53,021 bases of DNA from Bacilli bacterium. GTDB taxonomy: Bacteria > Bacillota_I > Bacilli_A > RF39 > UBA660. This document shows, piece after piece, positions 51,573-53,021 of the stretch (positions are counted from its first letter, which is position 1; each line of letters begins with the position of its first letter). The position numbers were made by a program, and so were the translations under genes. The stretch is taken from contig JBJEED010000031.1 of the NCBI GenBank assembly GCA_051872765.1, positions 1 to 53,021 of the forward strand. Direction: 5' to 3'. Below the pieces are notes generated by a model. It made no database searches and was not told the DNA's origin. It was given only the letters and a program-made list of their open reading frames with translations.

Positions 51573-52853
51573 TTATTTTTTTCTTACATAATGAAACTTA
51601 TTTCCAATCTTCACCTTTTTATAAGAATGCAAATATTTGTCTGGAACAAGATTCAAAAAATCTGTGTTTTTTCTTAATTTTATAAATGCTTTATCTTCTA
51701 TTTGTTTTACTCTTTGTCTTGTAATATTATACATTTTTCCTATATAAACACCATTATAACCAAAAGCATACTTTAAATATAATATTTCTTTTTCTCTTTG
51801 TGTTAAAACATCAGTATTTAATATAAAGTTTCTTATCTCTCTTGACATTATATTTGAAATTACTTTTGTCTCAACAGATACATTACCATCAGGAATAAAA
51901 TCTAATACTGTTTCATCTTCATCTTCTCCAACATACTCATTTAGACTAGAAACATCTTTATAATGTCTTTTAAATATATCAACCTGTTCTATACTAATAT
52001 TAAATTGCATAGATATTTGTTTATCAGTTGGATAAGTGCCATTTTTACTAAAATATTCTAATATATACTTTTGAACATTTCTCATTTTATCATATGTATT
52101 ATTTGGTATTCTTATAAGTCTATTTGTCTTTTTTATAGCAACTAGTATAGTTTGTCTAATCCACCAAGTTGCATATGTAGAAAACTTAAATCCTCTAGTT
52201 TCATCAAATTTTTCAACTGCCTTCATTAAACCAATATTTCCCTCTTGAATTAAATCATTTAAAGCTAAATTAAAGTTATTATATTTTTTTGCAACATTAA
52301 CAACATATTTTAAATTATGGTTTACAATTTCTTCAAAAGCACTACTATCTCCAGCATGATATCTTCTAAACATTTCAATTTCTTGCTCAGGTGTATAAAC
52401 TTCCATATCTTTAATTTCGTTATAATAAAGATCTGTTAAATTTAAATCTCTTTTACCTCTACTAGTCATTGTAGAAGTCTTAGAATTACGATTTAATACT
52501 CTTTCTTCAAAATTTTTTATATCAAAAACTTCAAATAATCCCGTTACTAATGAATTTTCTTCTATACCATGCTTACATACTACTTTCATTGTATTTAATA
52601 ATTTAGGGCATCTAGAAAATAAAACATCAGCATCTGCTTCATTAATACTACATTGCATCAACCTTAAATGTTTTAATAAAAGCCTATAATTATCTAATTG
52701 CTTACTTTCAACTTCTAAAGGACTAAAACTAGTATTTATAAATTCTACCAATTCATCTATTTGTTGATGATTTAAAGAAAAAACTAAATCATTTTCAAAA
52801 TCAACATCTAAATCACTCGTATAATCAATATACGATAAATCACTATCCATCAT
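51573..52853 (-). CDS. RpoD-like sigma70 factor, array member 1
   Basis: NLKYVVNVAKKY, DLIQEGNIGLMKAVEKFD..RGFKFSTYATWWIRQ, TRQRVKQIE. Confidence 0.93.
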   Translation of the reverse strand: MMDSDLSYIDYTSDLDVDFENDLVFSLNHQQIDELVEFINTSFSPLEVESKQLDNYRLLLKHLRLMQCSINEADADVLFSRCPKLLNTMKVVCKHGIEENSLVTGLFEVFDIKNFEERVLNRNSKTSTMTSRGKRDLNLTDLYYNEIKDMEVYTPEQEIEMFRRYHAGDSSAFEEIVNHNLKYVVNVAKKYNNFNLALNDLIQEGNIGLMKAVEKFDETRGFKFSTYATWWIRQTILVAIKKTNRLIRIPNNTYDKMRNVQKYILEYFSKNGTYPTDKQISMQFNISIEQVDIFKRHYKDVSSLNEYVGEDEDETVLDFIPDGNVSVETKVISNIMSREIRNFILNTDVLTQREKEILYLKYAFGYNGVYIGKMYNITRQRVKQIEDKAFIKLRKNTDFLNLVPDKYLHSYKKVKIGNKFHYVRKK

Positions 52854-52925
52854 AACTTATTCCCCCCCTAAATATATATTAAATTATTCTCTATTCCTTC
52901 TTATACCCCTTGTCATTTCGCGTAG

Positions 52926-52954
52926 ATTATATCATACTTTTTGAAAAAAGTCAA
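52926..52954 (-). promoter_or_regulatory. sigmaA-type promoter heading the sigma array
   Basis: TTGACT-17 nt-TATAAT with extended -10 TG. Confidence 0.85.
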
Positions 52955-53021
52955 CTTTTGTTCGTATTTGATAGAGTAAAATAGAATTGGGATTGCATAA
53001 AAAAAGAAAGACCATGTTAAA

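Noticed and set aside
46780-52853. Calling any array member the housekeeping sigA/rpoD
   Set aside because: None has both canonical 2.4 and 4.2 helices or a recognisable region 1.1, and dnaG is not adjacent.
16035-52853. Lys/Arg-rich C-terminal tails on several proteins as a secretion signal
   Set aside because: Expected from AT-rich codon bias and also present on ordinary enzymes.
1-53021. CRISPR array, tRNA, rRNA or IS element
   Set aside because: No regularly spaced short repeats, GC-rich structured RNA blocks or transposase motifs seen by eye.

Overview
Very AT-rich chromosomal window from a Gram-positive bacterium using the standard bacterial code. Gene content and style suggest a reduced-genome Bacilli lineage such as RF39 (inference only). 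Nearly all genes lie on the minus strand. The housekeeping backbone is rpsL (partial), der, ftsW/spoVE, mraY, holA, proS with a clear T-box, trmB, ppdK, tdk, a XerC-type recombinase, comEA-comEC, a heterodimeric ABC exporter and hemW. Three regions stand out. (1) 46780-52853 is a tandem array of five divergent RpoD-like sigma70 genes behind one consensus sigmaA-type promoter. They share an N-terminal domain I do not recognise and differ systematically in their -10 and -35 recognition helices. (2) 35206-39307 is a cassette-like region downstream of comEC: a ~430-bp near-identical copy of the comEC 3' end and a decayed copy of the yhcG 3' end alternate with promoter-bearing cargo genes. (3) 13275-20842 places GatZ-like and GatD-like genes, without PTS or aldolase, beside a TarI-like cytidylyltransferase and TagB/F-type polymerases, suggesting a CDP-hexitol (galactitol) wall-polymer pathway. 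All family assignments come from motif recognition by eye; no database search was run.
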